This document shows, piece after piece, positions 1 to 10,431 of a DNA stretch of 64,000 bases. Within the stretch, counting starts at the first letter, position 1. Each line of letters begins with the position of its first letter. Made by a program: the position numbers and the translations under genes. The stretch is from Candidatus Glassbacteria bacterium. GTDB lineage: Bacteria; Gemmatimonadota; CAZMKB01. The stretch is from positions 38,064-102,063 of the forward strand of contig JBHIFB010000001.1 of the NCBI GenBank assembly GCA_046760905.1. The letters are read 5' to 3'. The notes below the pieces were generated by a model, which had not been told where the DNA came from, searched no databases, and was given only the letters and a program-made list of their open reading frames with translations.

Positions 1-1610
1 TCCTCACTCCTTCCACCTCCTGCAAAAACCAGAGCGGGAAGGTATCATTATCTCCGTTGGTGAAAATCACTCCATAGGGCTCAGCGGATATCAGGATATC
101 ATAGGCGTAATCCCAAGCTATATAATTCTCAGACTTGTCACTCTCGAAGTAGTTCAGTTTCGAAGGCAGAAAAGCCAGCAGGAATACGAAAGCTGAGAGA
201 CTATAAAATATGACTTTCGACTCGCCGGCACCTGTCATGAACTTTCTCAGAGCATTTACGATGTAGGCAAGTCCAATGCCAACCCACAAGCCGAAGAAAA
301 CGAAGGATACCTCGAAGAAGTAGTCTCTCTCTCGCACTTCATGCATGTCCTGATTGGGAAATTCGGTGAGGGCCTGCGTGTGACCGAGCTTGAAGTTAAG
401 ATAGAACACGAGTCCAACGCTAGTCGCCATGTAAATGGTAAAGAAGTACCAGAAACTGTCACGATCTAACCTTGAGTGGGCGTAGATCCCTAATACACCG
501 ACCAGGATATATAGAAAGGTGACATAGATATGACCGTATTGCTGAAAGAAGTATATAAAATAGAGAGGGAGCTGATATTCGAAAAAATCGACTGTTCTGG
601 GGAAAGGAGGTCTCGTCCCGTACTGCTTCCTGAGAAGTACGTTCCAGAAGGCATTCCAGGTAATCGGGTCTGCTTCATTGATGCTCGGATCGAGAACGGC
701 CCGGATCGGCAGATAGAGGTGCACTGATAGTCCAAGTGCAAAGAATGCCAGAAGGAAGCCGAATACTTTGAGCGATTTCAATCGATTCATCCAGTACACA
801 GCGACAATTAACAGGATGAATGAGAAGACAAACGGAGGCCACTTGATGACGTCAGTGAATAGCAGTGAAAAGTTTTCAAGAAACTTCCCCATCCCGAACT
901 TGTCCAGATCGATTCCAGTGAACAGGAGAAGTATCAGCGAAATTAGGCCTAACACGAGGGAAAGGTAATACTTGAACTCGGTCCCCTTCGTAGAGGTCAG
1001 GAAGAAAAGGAGAAGCCCGGGTCCGGCGAGCAGTGCCATCAGGTGATTACCGACTGAAAGTCCGGCAATATAAGCCATGAGGAGAAGGATGACCTTCTCT
1101 TCATTAGTTCCCCTCCTCTCTCTCCATTGGAAGGCCAGAAGTGTCAGGATAGCAATCATGAGCAAGGCTATCGAGTATACCTCCGTTTCGACCGCATTAC
1201 CCCACACTGTGATGGCGGTCGATGATACGATACTGGCAGCGAATGCCCCGCCGTAAACTATCCACCTTACCGATCCGTTTTCCTTACCCAGTGGCAGTCT
1301 CCACAGCACCTTAGCAACGGCCACGAATAACAGCAGTGCAGCTATGGAGGTACTTACAGCGGAAAGAAGGTTCAATTTATACGGTACCGTGAACGGGAAC
1401 GGGATGAGAGACCATACCTTTCCGATAAGGACGAACAGGGGTGTCCCGGGCGGATGAGGTATTCCGAGTATGTGGGAGGTCGATATGAACTCACCGGCAT
1501 CCCAGAAAGTCACTGTAGGAGCGAGGGTGGTGATATACAGGCCAAGAACGTATGCGAAAACTGCAGCACACATAATCCAGAACAATCTGTCATGATGCAA
1601 CTCTATTTCT
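1..1610 (-). CDS. DUF2723/TMEM260-like polytopic membrane protein (putative GT-C type glycosyltransferase), 5' part only; the gene runs off the left edge
   Basis: Hand translation of the reverse complement from the ATG at 1610-1608 gives MGKNNGKEIELHHDRLFWIMCAAVFAYVLGLYITTLAPTVTFWDAGEFISTSHILGIPHPPGTPLF..., which has the FWDAGE/GIPHPPG motifs typical of DUF2723. Highly hydrophobic throughout. It is absent from the ORF track because no stop codon lies inside the window. Confidence 0.5.
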
Positions 1611-1616
1611 TTCCCG

Positions 1617-2384
1617 TTATTCTTCCCCATATGTGATGATCTCCGCTGTAATTTCCTTGAGTCTCTTTCGGAGGGTTTCGATGGATATGTTCCTTTCGAG
1701 GAATCCATCGTATGTTAGTGAGACCTGCTGCGTTTCCTCCGAGACCACAATCACGATTGCATCAGTTTGCTCGGATAGCCCTATGGCAGCTCTATGTCTC
1801 GTTCCAAGCTCCTTGTCATACACCGGCTGCTCTGTCAGAGGCAATATGCAGCCGGCCGCTTTCACGATATACTGTCCTATAATAACCGCCCCATCATGAA
1901 GCGGGCTCTTCTGCGTGAATATGGTAGAGATGAGCTCTGCGCTGACAGCTGCCTCGAGTTTTGTCCCTGTTTCGACATATGATTTCAAACCCGTTTGCCT
2001 CTCGAGCACTATAAGCGCTCCGGATTTCTGGGCTATTAGTTTTTCGACGGCTTTTATCACTTCCTCGAGTACCTTATGTTCCTGTGTCTTCATGAAAAAC
2101 CTGAAGAATCTGGACCTGCCCAGCTCCGCGAGCCCTCGGCGCAATTCCGGTTGGAAAACAATGATAAAGCCAAGGACCCACACCGCCTCCAGCGTCGAAA
2201 TCATAAGACTTAATGCATTCAGGTGGAACCATTGAGCAAGAATCGAACATATAAGAAGCAGAAGAAGTCCCAAAAGCATCTGAGTCGCTCTTGTGCCTCG
2301 GATGACAAGCAAAATCCTGTAAATGATGTAGAAAACAATTGCTATATCCAGGAAATCCGTTATGCTGGGTTTGAGAAAGGTCAT
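1617..2384 (-). CDS. cdaA: diadenylate cyclase CdaA (c-di-AMP synthase)
   Basis: Three N-terminal transmembrane helices followed by a DAC domain carrying the DGA motif (LHDGAVII) and the RHR motif (GTRHRAAIGLSE). Its start overlaps the folP stop. Confidence 0.85.
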   Translation of the reverse strand: MTFLKPSITDFLDIAIVFYIIYRILLVIRGTRATQMLLGLLLLLICSILAQWFHLNALSLMISTLEAVWVLGFIIVFQPELRRGLAELGRSRFFRFFMKTQEHKVLEEVIKAVEKLIAQKSGALIVLERQTGLKSYVETGTKLEAAVSAELISTIFTQKSPLHDGAVIIGQYIVKAAGCILPLTEQPVYDKELGTRHRAAIGLSEQTDAIVIVVSEETQQVSLTYDGFLERNISIETLRKRLKEITAEIITYGEE

Positions 2385-3241
2385 GTCGGTTTATGAGACT
2401 CCTCCATTATCACCTTAGCCACCTCGACGGCTCTTTTAACCTCCTTCACGTCGTGAACCCTGAGTATGCTTGCCCCTCTCACCATAGATAGAACACTCGC
2501 CGCGATAGTACCTTCGAGTCTCTCTTCGACGGGCAGGTTGAGTATCTTTCCAATGTAGGATTTTCTGGATACCCCCACAAGTATAGGTCTTTCCATGATG
2601 GATAGTTCAGCTAGCCGATTTATGAGAATGCAGCTCTGAAGATAGTCCTTCGCAAATCCAATCCCTGGGTCGAATACTATCCTCTCAAGTTCGATACCTT
2701 TTCCGAGCGCGATCTGTGCTGATTCTTCGAGCTCAGCCCTCACATCGGCTACGAGGTTCCGGTAGTTGGTCAAGCTCTGCATCGTCTTTGAATTTCCTCT
2801 CATATGCATTATCACCAAACCGGCTTTGTGCCTCGCCACCACACCGGCCATCTCGCTGTCTCGCTTTAAGCCGCTGATGTCATTCACTATCTCGGCACCG
2901 AGGTTCAATGCCACATCTGCTACATCGGCTTTATACGTGTCCACCGATATCGGAACTGGAAAATCATCGCCCATCCCCTCGAGCACAGGATTGATCCTGG
3001 AAAGCTCGATTTCAGCAGGGATGGGGTCGGCATCGGGTCTCGTCGATTCAGCTCCTACGTCAATGATATCAGCTCCTTGGTTCACCATTTCCAGGGCTCT
3101 ATCGAGAGCAGCGTCCACGGAAGTGAACTTACCCCCATCAGAGAAGGAGTCAGGAGTTAGATTCAACACTCCCATTATAAGCACTCGACCGGAAAGTGAA
3201 ATCTTTCCTTTCGATGTTAGCCACGTGTCTCTATTATTCAA
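2381..3241 (-). CDS. folP: dihydropteroate synthase
   Basis: Pterin-binding DHPS fold recognisable in the translation ([14 protein letters not shown] ... [12 protein letters not shown]). Lies in the conserved ftsH-folP gene order. Confidence 0.85.
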   Translation of the reverse strand: MNNRDTWLTSKGKISLSGRVLIMGVLNLTPDSFSDGGKFTSVDAALDRALEMVNQGADIIDVGAESTRPDADPIPAEIELSRINPVLEGMGDDFPVPISVDTYKADVADVALNLGAEIVNDISGLKRDSEMAGVVARHKAGLVIMHMRGNSKTMQSLTNYRNLVADVRAELEESAQIALGKGIELERIVFDPGIGFAKDYLQSCILINRLAELSIMERPILVGVSRKSYIGKILNLPVEERLEGTIAASVLSMVRGASILRVHDVKEVKRAVEVAKVIMEESHKPT

Positions 3242-5286
3242 TCCTCTCCCTCCGAACGACGATCCTCCTCCTTGGGCGTCTGACTCGGCTCCGGATTTTC
3301 ACCCATCCCTGTCCGAACTTCCGCCTGTACACTCTTCTCCTCATCGACAGGCTGCTTTGCGAGCTCTTCTCCTTTTATGATCTTCGCAATCTCCTCCCCG
3401 TCGAGAATCTCTCTTTCAAGCAACGCACTTGCCATTGCGTGCAGTTTGTCGATATTCTCCTTTAGTAGATTCAGGGCAGTGATATATGCATCCTCGACAA
3501 TGCCCTTCACCTCGGAATCTATCAGCTTTGCCGTCTCTTCACTGTAGTCCCGCGGTTGAGATATTTCCCTGCCGAGGAATATGGTCTCCTCCTTCTTTCC
3601 GAAGGTGATGTGTCCCAGCTTATCACTCATGCCCCAGTTCGATACCATCCTCCTCGCCAGCTCCGTCGCCCTATCCAGATCGTTCCCGGCGCCGGTAGTC
3701 GGGTCTCCTAGTACCAGCTCCTCCGCAGCTCTACCTCCGAGAAGCGCGGTCAGGTTGTTCTCACACCAGGTCTTCGAATATATTCGTCTGTCATCCAGCG
3801 GCAGAAAATGCGTTACTCCCAGCGCCTGCCCTCTCGGTATTATTGTAACCTTGTGGACAGGATCAGCACCGGGTGTCAGCACCCTGACGAGCGCGTGGCC
3901 GGATTCGTGATACGCTATCGCCTTTTTCTCCTCCTCGGATATGACGAGGCTCTTTCTTTCAGCTCCCATCATCACCTTGTCTTTAGCACTCTCAAAATCC
4001 TCCATGTCAACCTTGTCTTTATTCCTCCTGGCTGCCAGAAGGGCCGCCTCGTTAACTATGTTAGCAAGGTCCGCACCCGAGAGCCCCGGTGTAGCCTTCG
4101 CAAGTACTTCGAGGTTGACATCGTCATTGAGTGGGATATTCCTTGTATGAACCTTCAGTATGCCTTCCCTGCCTCTCACATCCGGGCTATCAACCACTAT
4201 CTGTCGGTCGAACCTCCCGGGCCTTAGAAGGGCAGGATCGAGTACATCCGGCCGGTTTGTGGCCGCAAGGAGTATAACACCTTCCTTCGATTCGAATCCA
4301 TCCATCTCGACGAGCAGCTGATTGAGTGTCTGCTCTCGCTCATCGTGACCACCACCTAATCCTGCACCCCTGTGTCTGCCGACGGCATCTATTTCATCAA
4401 TGAAGATTATACATGGTGCATGGGCCTTTCCCTGCTCGAAGAGATCCCTCACTCTCGATGCGCCGACTCCAACGAACATCTCTACAAAATCAGAACCGCT
4501 CATGCTGAAGAATGGAACGCCTGCCTCGCCTGCAACTGCCTTGGCAAGAAGGGTCTTCCCGGTGCCGGGCGATCCAAGGAGCAGTGCTCCTTTTGGAATC
4601 CTCCCGCCTAGTCTCTGGAATCTCCGTGGATCCTTTAGAAACTCAATTATCTCTTCGAGTTCTTCCTTTGCTTCATTACAACCAGCGACATCCTCGAAGG
4701 TGACTTTGGGAGTGTCTCCCGTAAGCAGTCTTGCCTTGCTCTTCCCGAAGGAAAAAGCCTTGCTCCCACCCCCCTGGACCTGCCTCAAGAAGAAGATCCA
4801 CAAACCTAGCAGGAAAATCCAGGGGAGCCAGCTCAAAAGCTGAAGCCACCACTTGACCTTTGGCGGGTGAGAGGAGATTGGGGAAACACCGTGTTCCTCG
4901 AGCTCCTTAACGAGGGAAGGATCCTCGAATGGGAGGTAGGTTTTGAAGTTTCTGTATTCACGCAACTTCCCCTTGATCGTGATGCTGCTCTGCTCCTTCA
5001 GCTCGCCTGTAATCTCCTTTTCGACGATCGTCACCGACTCGACGTTGCCTGAGGTCATCTCCCTCCTGAAGTCAGAGTAACTTATTTCGGCGAATTCACT
5101 CTCACGCATAGAGAGAAAGTTGTATATTGTGAGGGGCAAAAGGAGAATCAGGATCCAGAAAGCCAGTGTCTTGGAAACCGTAGAAACCTTCTTTGGACCA
5201 CTGGGGATGGGCGGCTTCTTCCTGGGCGGTCTGCGAGCCGGTCTCCGTGGAGACGATTTCTTCTTCCCCTCGTCCTTCTCGACCAT
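3238..5286 (-). CDS. ftsH: ATP-dependent zinc metalloprotease FtsH
   Basis: AAA+ Walker A motif GPPGTGKT, second region of homology, and the zinc-binding HEXXH motif (HESGHAL). Two N-terminal transmembrane segments. Confidence 0.95.
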   Translation of the reverse strand: MVEKDEGKKKSSPRRPARRPPRKKPPIPSGPKKVSTVSKTLAFWILILLLPLTIYNFLSMRESEFAEISYSDFRREMTSGNVESVTIVEKEITGELKEQSSITIKGKLREYRNFKTYLPFEDPSLVKELEEHGVSPISSHPPKVKWWLQLLSWLPWIFLLGLWIFFLRQVQGGGSKAFSFGKSKARLLTGDTPKVTFEDVAGCNEAKEELEEIIEFLKDPRRFQRLGGRIPKGALLLGSPGTGKTLLAKAVAGEAGVPFFSMSGSDFVEMFVGVGASRVRDLFEQGKAHAPCIIFIDEIDAVGRHRGAGLGGGHDEREQTLNQLLVEMDGFESKEGVILLAATNRPDVLDPALLRPGRFDRQIVVDSPDVRGREGILKVHTRNIPLNDDVNLEVLAKATPGLSGADLANIVNEAALLAARRNKDKVDMEDFESAKDKVMMGAERKSLVISEEEKKAIAYHESGHALVRVLTPGADPVHKVTIIPRGQALGVTHFLPLDDRRIYSKTWCENNLTALLGGRAAEELVLGDPTTGAGNDLDRATELARRMVSNWGMSDKLGHITFGKKEETIFLGREISQPRDYSEETAKLIDSEVKGIVEDAYITALNLLKENIDKLHAMASALLEREILDGEEIAKIIKGEELAKQPVDEEKSVQAEVRTGMGENPEPSQTPKEEDRRSEGED

Positions 5287-5309
5287 TTTGAAACAACCTC
5301 TCTTTCAGT

Positions 5310-5897
5310 TCAGATACTCAAACCTCTAAGGATCCCTACAAATGGTAGGTTCCTGTAATTACCATCGTAATCAAGTCCATAGCCAACGACATATACATCA
5401 GGTATACGGAATCCGATGTATTTTAGTTCCCTGCAAGTGCAGGAATCATTCCTCTTCTGGAGCAGGGCGCACAGCTCGAGGGTGGCTGGATTTCGCGCAC
5501 TCAGGATATCCGTGAGTCGACTCAGCGTCAGGCCCGTATCAACGATGTCCTCGACCAGAAGAACGTGACGACCAGTGACGTCTATGCCAATGTCATGCGT
5601 AACCACAACATTACCTGTACTGCTTGCCGATGAATAACTTTCTACCGTCATGAAATCCATCGTAATCGGAATATGAATGGTCCTTATGAGGTCTGCCAGA
5701 AACACAAAACTCCCCTTGAGGACACCCACGACGATGGGACTCTGGTTCTCATAATCGAGAGAAATCTCCTCCCCGAGCTCCCTCACCCGGCTCCTGAGAG
5801 ATTCCTCATGTATAAGGACTTTTTCTATCTCCCCACCCATATTCATATCGACTGGGTCTGTTATCTCGACAGGCTCGGAACCTCTACTCGGCGTCAC
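5310..5897 (-). CDS. hpt: hypoxanthine phosphoribosyltransferase
   Basis: PRPP-binding motif VLLVEDIVDTGLTL. Conserved tilS-hpt-ftsH synteny. The true start may instead be the internal Met at 5846. Confidence 0.85.
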   Translation of the reverse strand: MTPSRGSEPVEITDPVDMNMGGEIEKVLIHEESLRSRVRELGEEISLDYENQSPIVVGVLKGSFVFLADLIRTIHIPITMDFMTVESYSSASSTGNVVVTHDIGIDVTGRHVLLVEDIVDTGLTLSRLTDILSARNPATLELCALLQKRNDSCTCRELKYIGFRIPDVYVVGYGLDYDGNYRNLPFVGILRGLSI

Positions 5898-5898
5898 T

Positions 5899-7329
5899 TC
5901 AATCCTCCTTTTGAATCTCTATCACGAGGGTATGCTGTGTGGCAGGTTCAACAGCTGCATGGGAAGAACGTCTTACACCGACAACCCACAGGATTCTATC
6001 AGCGTCCGTGAGAATGGGGACACTCTCACGCTTGTACCGAGGAACTTTTGCTTCCTGAAGGAGGTCACTAACCTTCTTAGTCCCAGTGAAGCCGAATGGA
6101 TTGATTCTATCTCCCTTCGTCCAGCTGCGAAGCTTGAGCGGAAAGAAGAGTTTTTCACGATCGAAATAGCCGAGATGCCTCCCTCCCCCCACTTGCACAT
6201 TCTCCACAATAGTTGCCCAATCGACCACATCCTGCTGCCTTACAGTGACCCTGTAAAGGCTTTTTCCTATCGATAATATTGTATCCAATCCCGGCTCAAG
6301 GAGGACTGAAACAGGGCGTGGCTCAGAGGCAGCTTCCCTGCTATTAGTGAGGGAGACAGTGTCGAAGTTTTTACAAGCGGTTATCCCACCTGGAAGCTGC
6401 ACTACCTTACCGCTTTGAGCTCTTTCACAAAAACGGGTGAAAATGTCGCTCGCTTTTCTCGGAAGTTCCTTCCCAGAACCGCTAATTTTCTTGTAAGAAT
6501 AGCGAAGCAGTTCTCTTCTCAAGAAATAATGATAATCTCTCCATTTTTTTAAATCAAGGCTTATTTCTTTTTCATCCGAAAACAGGAGGGAGCTTTCGTA
6601 CAATTCTCTCACCGTCGATTCAAGATATTCAACAACCTCGCTCACGGAGCCGGCGAGAGAGAGAATGTTTTCCGCTAAATGTTCCTTTTGATCCTTGGTG
6701 ATTGAGGATAGAAGATCGTTCCTTATAAAATTCCTGAGATTGTCAGAGAGACTGTTCGTAGGATCCTCACGATATTCTATTCCATGGAATTGAGCGTATT
6801 CGAGTATCTCAAGCTTTCTGAGCACAAGAAACGGCCGAATCAATCCTCTGTCATCTACTGCCTTTATGCCGGCAAGCCCCCTCAGACCGGTCCCCCTCAT
6901 AAGCCTCATAAGGATTGTCTCAACCTGGTCGTCCGCGTGATGGGCGGTGGCTATCTTTCGAGCGCCGGTTCTCTGTTTCAGGCGGAAAAGAAACCGGTAC
7001 CTCAGAATACGAGCCGCCTCTTCCAGGCCCAACCCACCCTGCCTCATGTAATCCTGCACATCCCCTTTACCAGAACTGAAGGGCAGTCCTCTCTTCGTTG
7101 CCTCTCTCTTCACAAGTTCACCGTCGAGAGCACCTTCATCACCTCTCAAGAGATGATCAAAATGTGCAATGTGGAGATGGAAACCTGCCTTAGCCGAAAA
7201 CTTCGAAAGCATGTCCATCAACACCATTGAATCGACCCCTCCTGAAATGGCACACAGGACCAGCTCCGATCCTCCGATCAATCTGTTCTCCTCAATGAAC
7301 GTCCAGACCTTATTCAGCGCCCCATACAT
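5899..7329 (-). CDS. tilS: tRNA(Ile)-lysidine synthetase
   Basis: N-terminal PP-loop ATPase motif SGGVDSMVL, about 470 aa. Sits immediately upstream of hpt-ftsH as in many bacteria. Confidence 0.85.
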   Translation of the reverse strand: MYGALNKVWTFIEENRLIGGSELVLCAISGGVDSMVLMDMLSKFSAKAGFHLHIAHFDHLLRGDEGALDGELVKREATKRGLPFSSGKGDVQDYMRQGGLGLEEAARILRYRFLFRLKQRTGARKIATAHHADDQVETILMRLMRGTGLRGLAGIKAVDDRGLIRPFLVLRKLEILEYAQFHGIEYREDPTNSLSDNLRNFIRNDLLSSITKDQKEHLAENILSLAGSVSEVVEYLESTVRELYESSLLFSDEKEISLDLKKWRDYHYFLRRELLRYSYKKISGSGKELPRKASDIFTRFCERAQSGKVVQLPGGITACKNFDTVSLTNSREAASEPRPVSVLLEPGLDTILSIGKSLYRVTVRQQDVVDWATIVENVQVGGGRHLGYFDREKLFFPLKLRSWTKGDRINPFGFTGTKKVSDLLQEAKVPRYKRESVPILTDADRILWVVGVRRSSHAAVEPATQHTLVIEIQKED

Positions 7330-7455
7330 CCTTATCGATTTCTCCTGGAGTTTAATCCCGGCTACTACCCCTTGAAATTACACGACACATACTCCCCCAT
7401 AATACAAATTAATTTTACTTTGTAGAAGTTGCAAGGGAGGGGCTCCGCATACTAC

Positions 7456-7484
7456 AAGAGCCCTTCCCGATGAGAAGGGCTCTT
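7456..7484. terminator. perfect 11-bp stem-loop (AAGAGCCCTTC-N7-GAAGGGCTCTT) just downstream of the tRNA; possible terminator or processing hairpin
   Basis: Inverted repeat read directly from the sequence. No strong U-tract follows on either strand. Confidence 0.25.
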
Positions 7485-7491
7485 TAAACCA

Positions 7492-7565
7492 TAGCGGTGC
7501 AGGGACTCGAACCCCGAACACGAGGATTATGATTCCTCTGCTCTAACCAATTGAGCTACACCGCC
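7492..7565 (-). tRNA. tRNA-Met (anticodon CAU, elongator-type); the 3' CCA is not encoded
   Basis: The reverse complement folds as a cloverleaf: acceptor stem GGCGGTG/CACCGCT with a G1-U72 wobble pair, D-stem GCTC/GAGC, anticodon stem GAGGA/TCCTC with loop AUCAUAA, T-loop TTCGAGT. It lacks the initiator hallmarks (1-72 mismatch, three consecutive G-C pairs in the anticodon stem). Confidence 0.8.
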
Positions 7566-7675
7566 AGTAAGCAAGCTTTTAGTGCGTTTAAGACGCTTCG
7601 ATAGGCATACCACCCTGCGTTTCGTTAAGAATTTACGGAACTATTCGATTTCTGTCAAGAAGATGTCATACCTCG

Positions 7676-7704
7676 TTGACAAGGTTTGGCTGAGGAGCTA
7701 AATT
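7676..7704 (+). promoter_or_regulatory. sigma70-like promoter TTGACA-N17-TAAATT for the rubrerythrin-like gene
   Basis: Consensus -35 hexamer with 17-nt spacing. Embedded in the 13-mer CCTCGTTGACAAG that also occurs at the radical SAM promoter. Confidence 0.4.
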
Positions 7705-7752
7705 GTATCAAGTAAGGTGACCATCGATTGTGAAAGAATCAAGGAGGAACGG

Positions 7753-8217
7753 ATGTCCCAACCTGTACGGGAGAAAGAGGATCTCATCAAGCTTGCGATA
7801 GAGCGGGAAATACGAGCTTACGATTTTTTTAATGACGCCGTTGACAGAATGAGTTATAAGGGCACAAAGGAGATGTTGAGGGCCCTGGCGATGGAAGAGC
7901 AGAGACACAGGGAAATGCTCGAGAGAGCCCTCAAGGAAGAAGTTGTCGAGCATATAGGAACCGATCCATCACCTATGGATTTCAAGATCGGTGATGCCTT
8001 GCTTGTGCCTGAACTCACGCAGGAGAGCACCCCGCAAGATCTGATGATCGTGGCAATGAAGTTGGAGGAGGCATCAGTCGCATTCTATCAGGCCATACTG
8101 CCACATTTCAGAGGTTCTGGCTTCGAGGACCTCATCAGTAGGCTCGTGAGAGAGGAACAGAAACACAAGGAGCGTCTTGAAAAAGAGTATGACGACCATT
8201 TTCTCTCTGAAATGTAG
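7753..8217 (+). CDS. rubrerythrin/ferritin-like di-iron domain protein
   Basis: Strong RBS AGGAGG 7 nt upstream of the ATG at 7753. Ferritin-like EEQRH and EEQKHKERLE helices (ExxH-type di-iron ligand pattern). Confidence 0.65.
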   Translation: MSQPVREKEDLIKLAIEREIRAYDFFNDAVDRMSYKGTKEMLRALAMEEQRHREMLERALKEEVVEHIGTDPSPMDFKIGDALLVPELTQESTPQDLMIVAMKLEEASVAFYQAILPHFRGSGFEDLISRLVREEQKHKERLEKEYDDHFLSEM

Positions 8218-8235
8218 AGATGCCGGCAGGTCTTA

Positions 8236-8853
8236 TCACTTGCTGCGGTCGAAGTCGTATTTGAGGAAGAGGAGGCCTTCCTTCCCATCATCAATTTCCC
8301 CCATCACTTCGAAACCTCGCTTGAGGTAGAAGTCGACTGCCCTTGTCCAGGATTTTTTCACACTCACTTTAAATCTAGGGCAACCAGCTTCCCGGAGAAT
8401 CCTCATCACCTCTTCCATCAATATGGTCCCGGTTCCCATTCCTCTACAGTCTTCGCGAGTTATCAGCGTAAGCAGTTCCGCCTTCGTCTCGCCTGAAAAA
8501 GAAGCCGGGTAACGGGCGGCTCTCACCACATTCTTGAGGATTCGGGGAGTTCGAAAGGATGCTCTGAGCACTTCGATTGCCATCGCCCAGCCTCTTCTCT
8601 TCAATATCTCGAAGAAGAATTTTCCACCATCCATAACGACCGTGGCAAATCCAAGCGTTTCATCACCTTTTTGAAATAATATCGTCCTCCCCCAGCGGGC
8701 ACCTATCATACCCTCGTAGGCAGCGAGGAGGAACTTTTCACCAAATGCGCTTATAATGGATGGTCCGAAATACTTGAGATGCAATGATGCAAGGTAAGCG
8801 CAATCTTCTTCCCGGATATCGGTAATGTGATACCCATGCCCTCTCTTATCCAT
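8236..8853 (-). CDS. GNAT family N-acetyltransferase
   Basis: GNAT acetyl-CoA binding core (RGMGTGTILMEEV...). Its start overlaps the stop of the upstream radical SAM gene by 8 nt, indicating an operon. Confidence 0.75.
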   Translation of the reverse strand: MDKRGHGYHITDIREEDCAYLASLHLKYFGPSIISAFGEKFLLAAYEGMIGARWGRTILFQKGDETLGFATVVMDGGKFFFEILKRRGWAMAIEVLRASFRTPRILKNVVRAARYPASFSGETKAELLTLITREDCRGMGTGTILMEEVMRILREAGCPRFKVSVKKSWTRAVDFYLKRGFEVMGEIDDGKEGLLFLKYDFDRSK

Positions 8854-10381
8854 GTACTCGTCCCAGCAGGTTCATATAAACTCGCTTCATCTTGGTCTTC
8901 AGTATCCTCTGCGACTTGGTCTCCTGAACCTGGGAGAATAGGCTCTTGAGTGTGCTGAACAGTTTGCGAGGATGGAAGAAGTAGCTCGTCATGAAAAAGA
9001 ACAGGTAAGCAAAAAGTCTCAATCTTGTGAGTTGACCATCGGTGATATGTTCAGACCATGAGACGGCTTTGAACAGATCATCGGTGGCAAGATCTCTGAA
9101 GAACTCATCGTTGAGTTCGAGTTGTCCCGAGCTGTACAGTTCCTGGAATAGCCGGCTACCGGGAAGAGGCACAAAAGTTGAAATGGCGATCTCATCAAGC
9201 CCCATCCTGGCAAGCTTGAGCATATAATTCACCGTCTCTTTCGCTTCCTCATACCTCTCACCCGGCATACCTATGAGGAAGAAGCCACATGTGGATATAT
9301 CGAGTTCATCAGACCACTTCACCGCCCGTTCGATTACGGAGAGATCCAGTTCTTTATCCACGAGGTTTAATACCCTGGATGAACCGCTCTCCGGAGCGTA
9401 TGTGATGTTGGTACAGCCGGACCTCTTCATCATCGAAAGGAGCTCCAGGCTGAGCTGCTCCGATCTGGTACCGTTGGGGATCTGCCATGTGAAATTCATC
9501 CCTCTCTCCTCTATCCCTTCGCAGAATCTAATCAGCCACTTCCTGTCACTCCCGATGGTAAGGTCTTCAAAATGTATGTCTGTTATGTCGTAGTTCTTTT
9601 GAAGTAATTGGATCTCATCCAGCACATTCTCCGGGCTCCTTGTTCTCCAGCGCGGCAGCCAGTGGCCAGGTGCGGTGCAGAAGGTGCACTTATGAGGACA
9701 ACCCCTTGTTGCCACTATCGGTGCAGTTCTTCCCCTTGATGCCCCGTGGAATTCCCTCGCCTGGATATAGTTCTCAAATGGTATCTTATCATACATCGGA
9801 AACGGCAGACTATCGAGATCCTCGACGAGATTCCATCGCGGATTGATCATCACCTCATTTCCATTCCTGTATGCGAGGCCGTTTATGGACTTCGGGTCCT
9901 CGCCGGATCCAACCCTTCTCGCAACCTCGAGAAGTATCATTTCACCCTCGCCGAGACCCACGTAATCCACCTCGAAGTGGGAGAGGGTATGCTCGGGCAT
10001 CGACGATGGAGTGACGCCCCCAAATATAATTGGGACATCCCCCCGTTCTCTCTTAATCATCGATACAAGATCTCCTGTCGGAGGATATGTACATCCGAAC
10101 AAGTTGGAAACAGCGATCAAACTAGCTTCAGCGGGTATCCGTTCCACTATCTCCTCCGGTTTCAGCCCTCTCAGACCAAATATCCCGTGCTGGTAAGTCT
10201 GGTCGATGGCTTCACCGAGACCGTCGATCACCGTCACCTGGTGGCCGTTTTCCTCAAGCACAGCGGCGAGATAACACACTCCGATGGGAGGTACTGAGGC
10301 TGTTGCAATAATGCTTTCGTGGTATGCATGGAAGACATTTATAATAGTTACCGGAATTCCCACATTGACCTCATGGGGCAT
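8846..10381 (-). CDS. B12-binding domain radical SAM protein (class B)
   Basis: N-terminal cobalamin-binding Rossmann-like region followed by the radical SAM CxxxCxxC motif (RGCPHKCTFCTAP). 511 aa. Confidence 0.85.
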   Translation of the reverse strand: MPHEVNVGIPVTIINVFHAYHESIIATASVPPIGVCYLAAVLEENGHQVTVIDGLGEAIDQTYQHGIFGLRGLKPEEIVERIPAEASLIAVSNLFGCTYPPTGDLVSMIKRERGDVPIIFGGVTPSSMPEHTLSHFEVDYVGLGEGEMILLEVARRVGSGEDPKSINGLAYRNGNEVMINPRWNLVEDLDSLPFPMYDKIPFENYIQAREFHGASRGRTAPIVATRGCPHKCTFCTAPGHWLPRWRTRSPENVLDEIQLLQKNYDITDIHFEDLTIGSDRKWLIRFCEGIEERGMNFTWQIPNGTRSEQLSLELLSMMKRSGCTNITYAPESGSSRVLNLVDKELDLSVIERAVKWSDELDISTCGFFLIGMPGERYEEAKETVNYMLKLARMGLDEIAISTFVPLPGSRLFQELYSSGQLELNDEFFRDLATDDLFKAVSWSEHITDGQLTRLRLFAYLFFFMTSYFFHPRKLFSTLKSLFSQVQETKSQRILKTKMKRVYMNLLGRVHG

Positions 10382-10402
10382 AGGTATCTGATTATTACAT
10401 AT

Positions 10403-10431
10403 ATTCTACCAGAAAATATCTAGCTTGTCAA
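10403..10431 (-). promoter_or_regulatory. sigma70-like promoter TTGACA-N17-TAGAAT (on the minus strand) for the rSAM-GNAT operon
   Basis: Consensus -35 and near-consensus -10 about 20 nt upstream of the ATG at 10381. Shares the 13-mer CCTCGTTGACAAG with the 7671-7683 promoter. Confidence 0.4.

Noticed and set aside
2766-3465. Plus-strand ORFs of 204 aa and 89 aa
   Set aside because: They are antisense to the well-supported folP and ftsH genes.
7492-7565. Calling the tRNA beside tilS a tRNA-Ile2 (lysidine) substrate
   Set aside because: It has G4-C69/G5-C68 where the TilS identity elements are C4-G69/C5-G68, which favours elongator tRNA-Met. This cannot be proven from the sequence alone.
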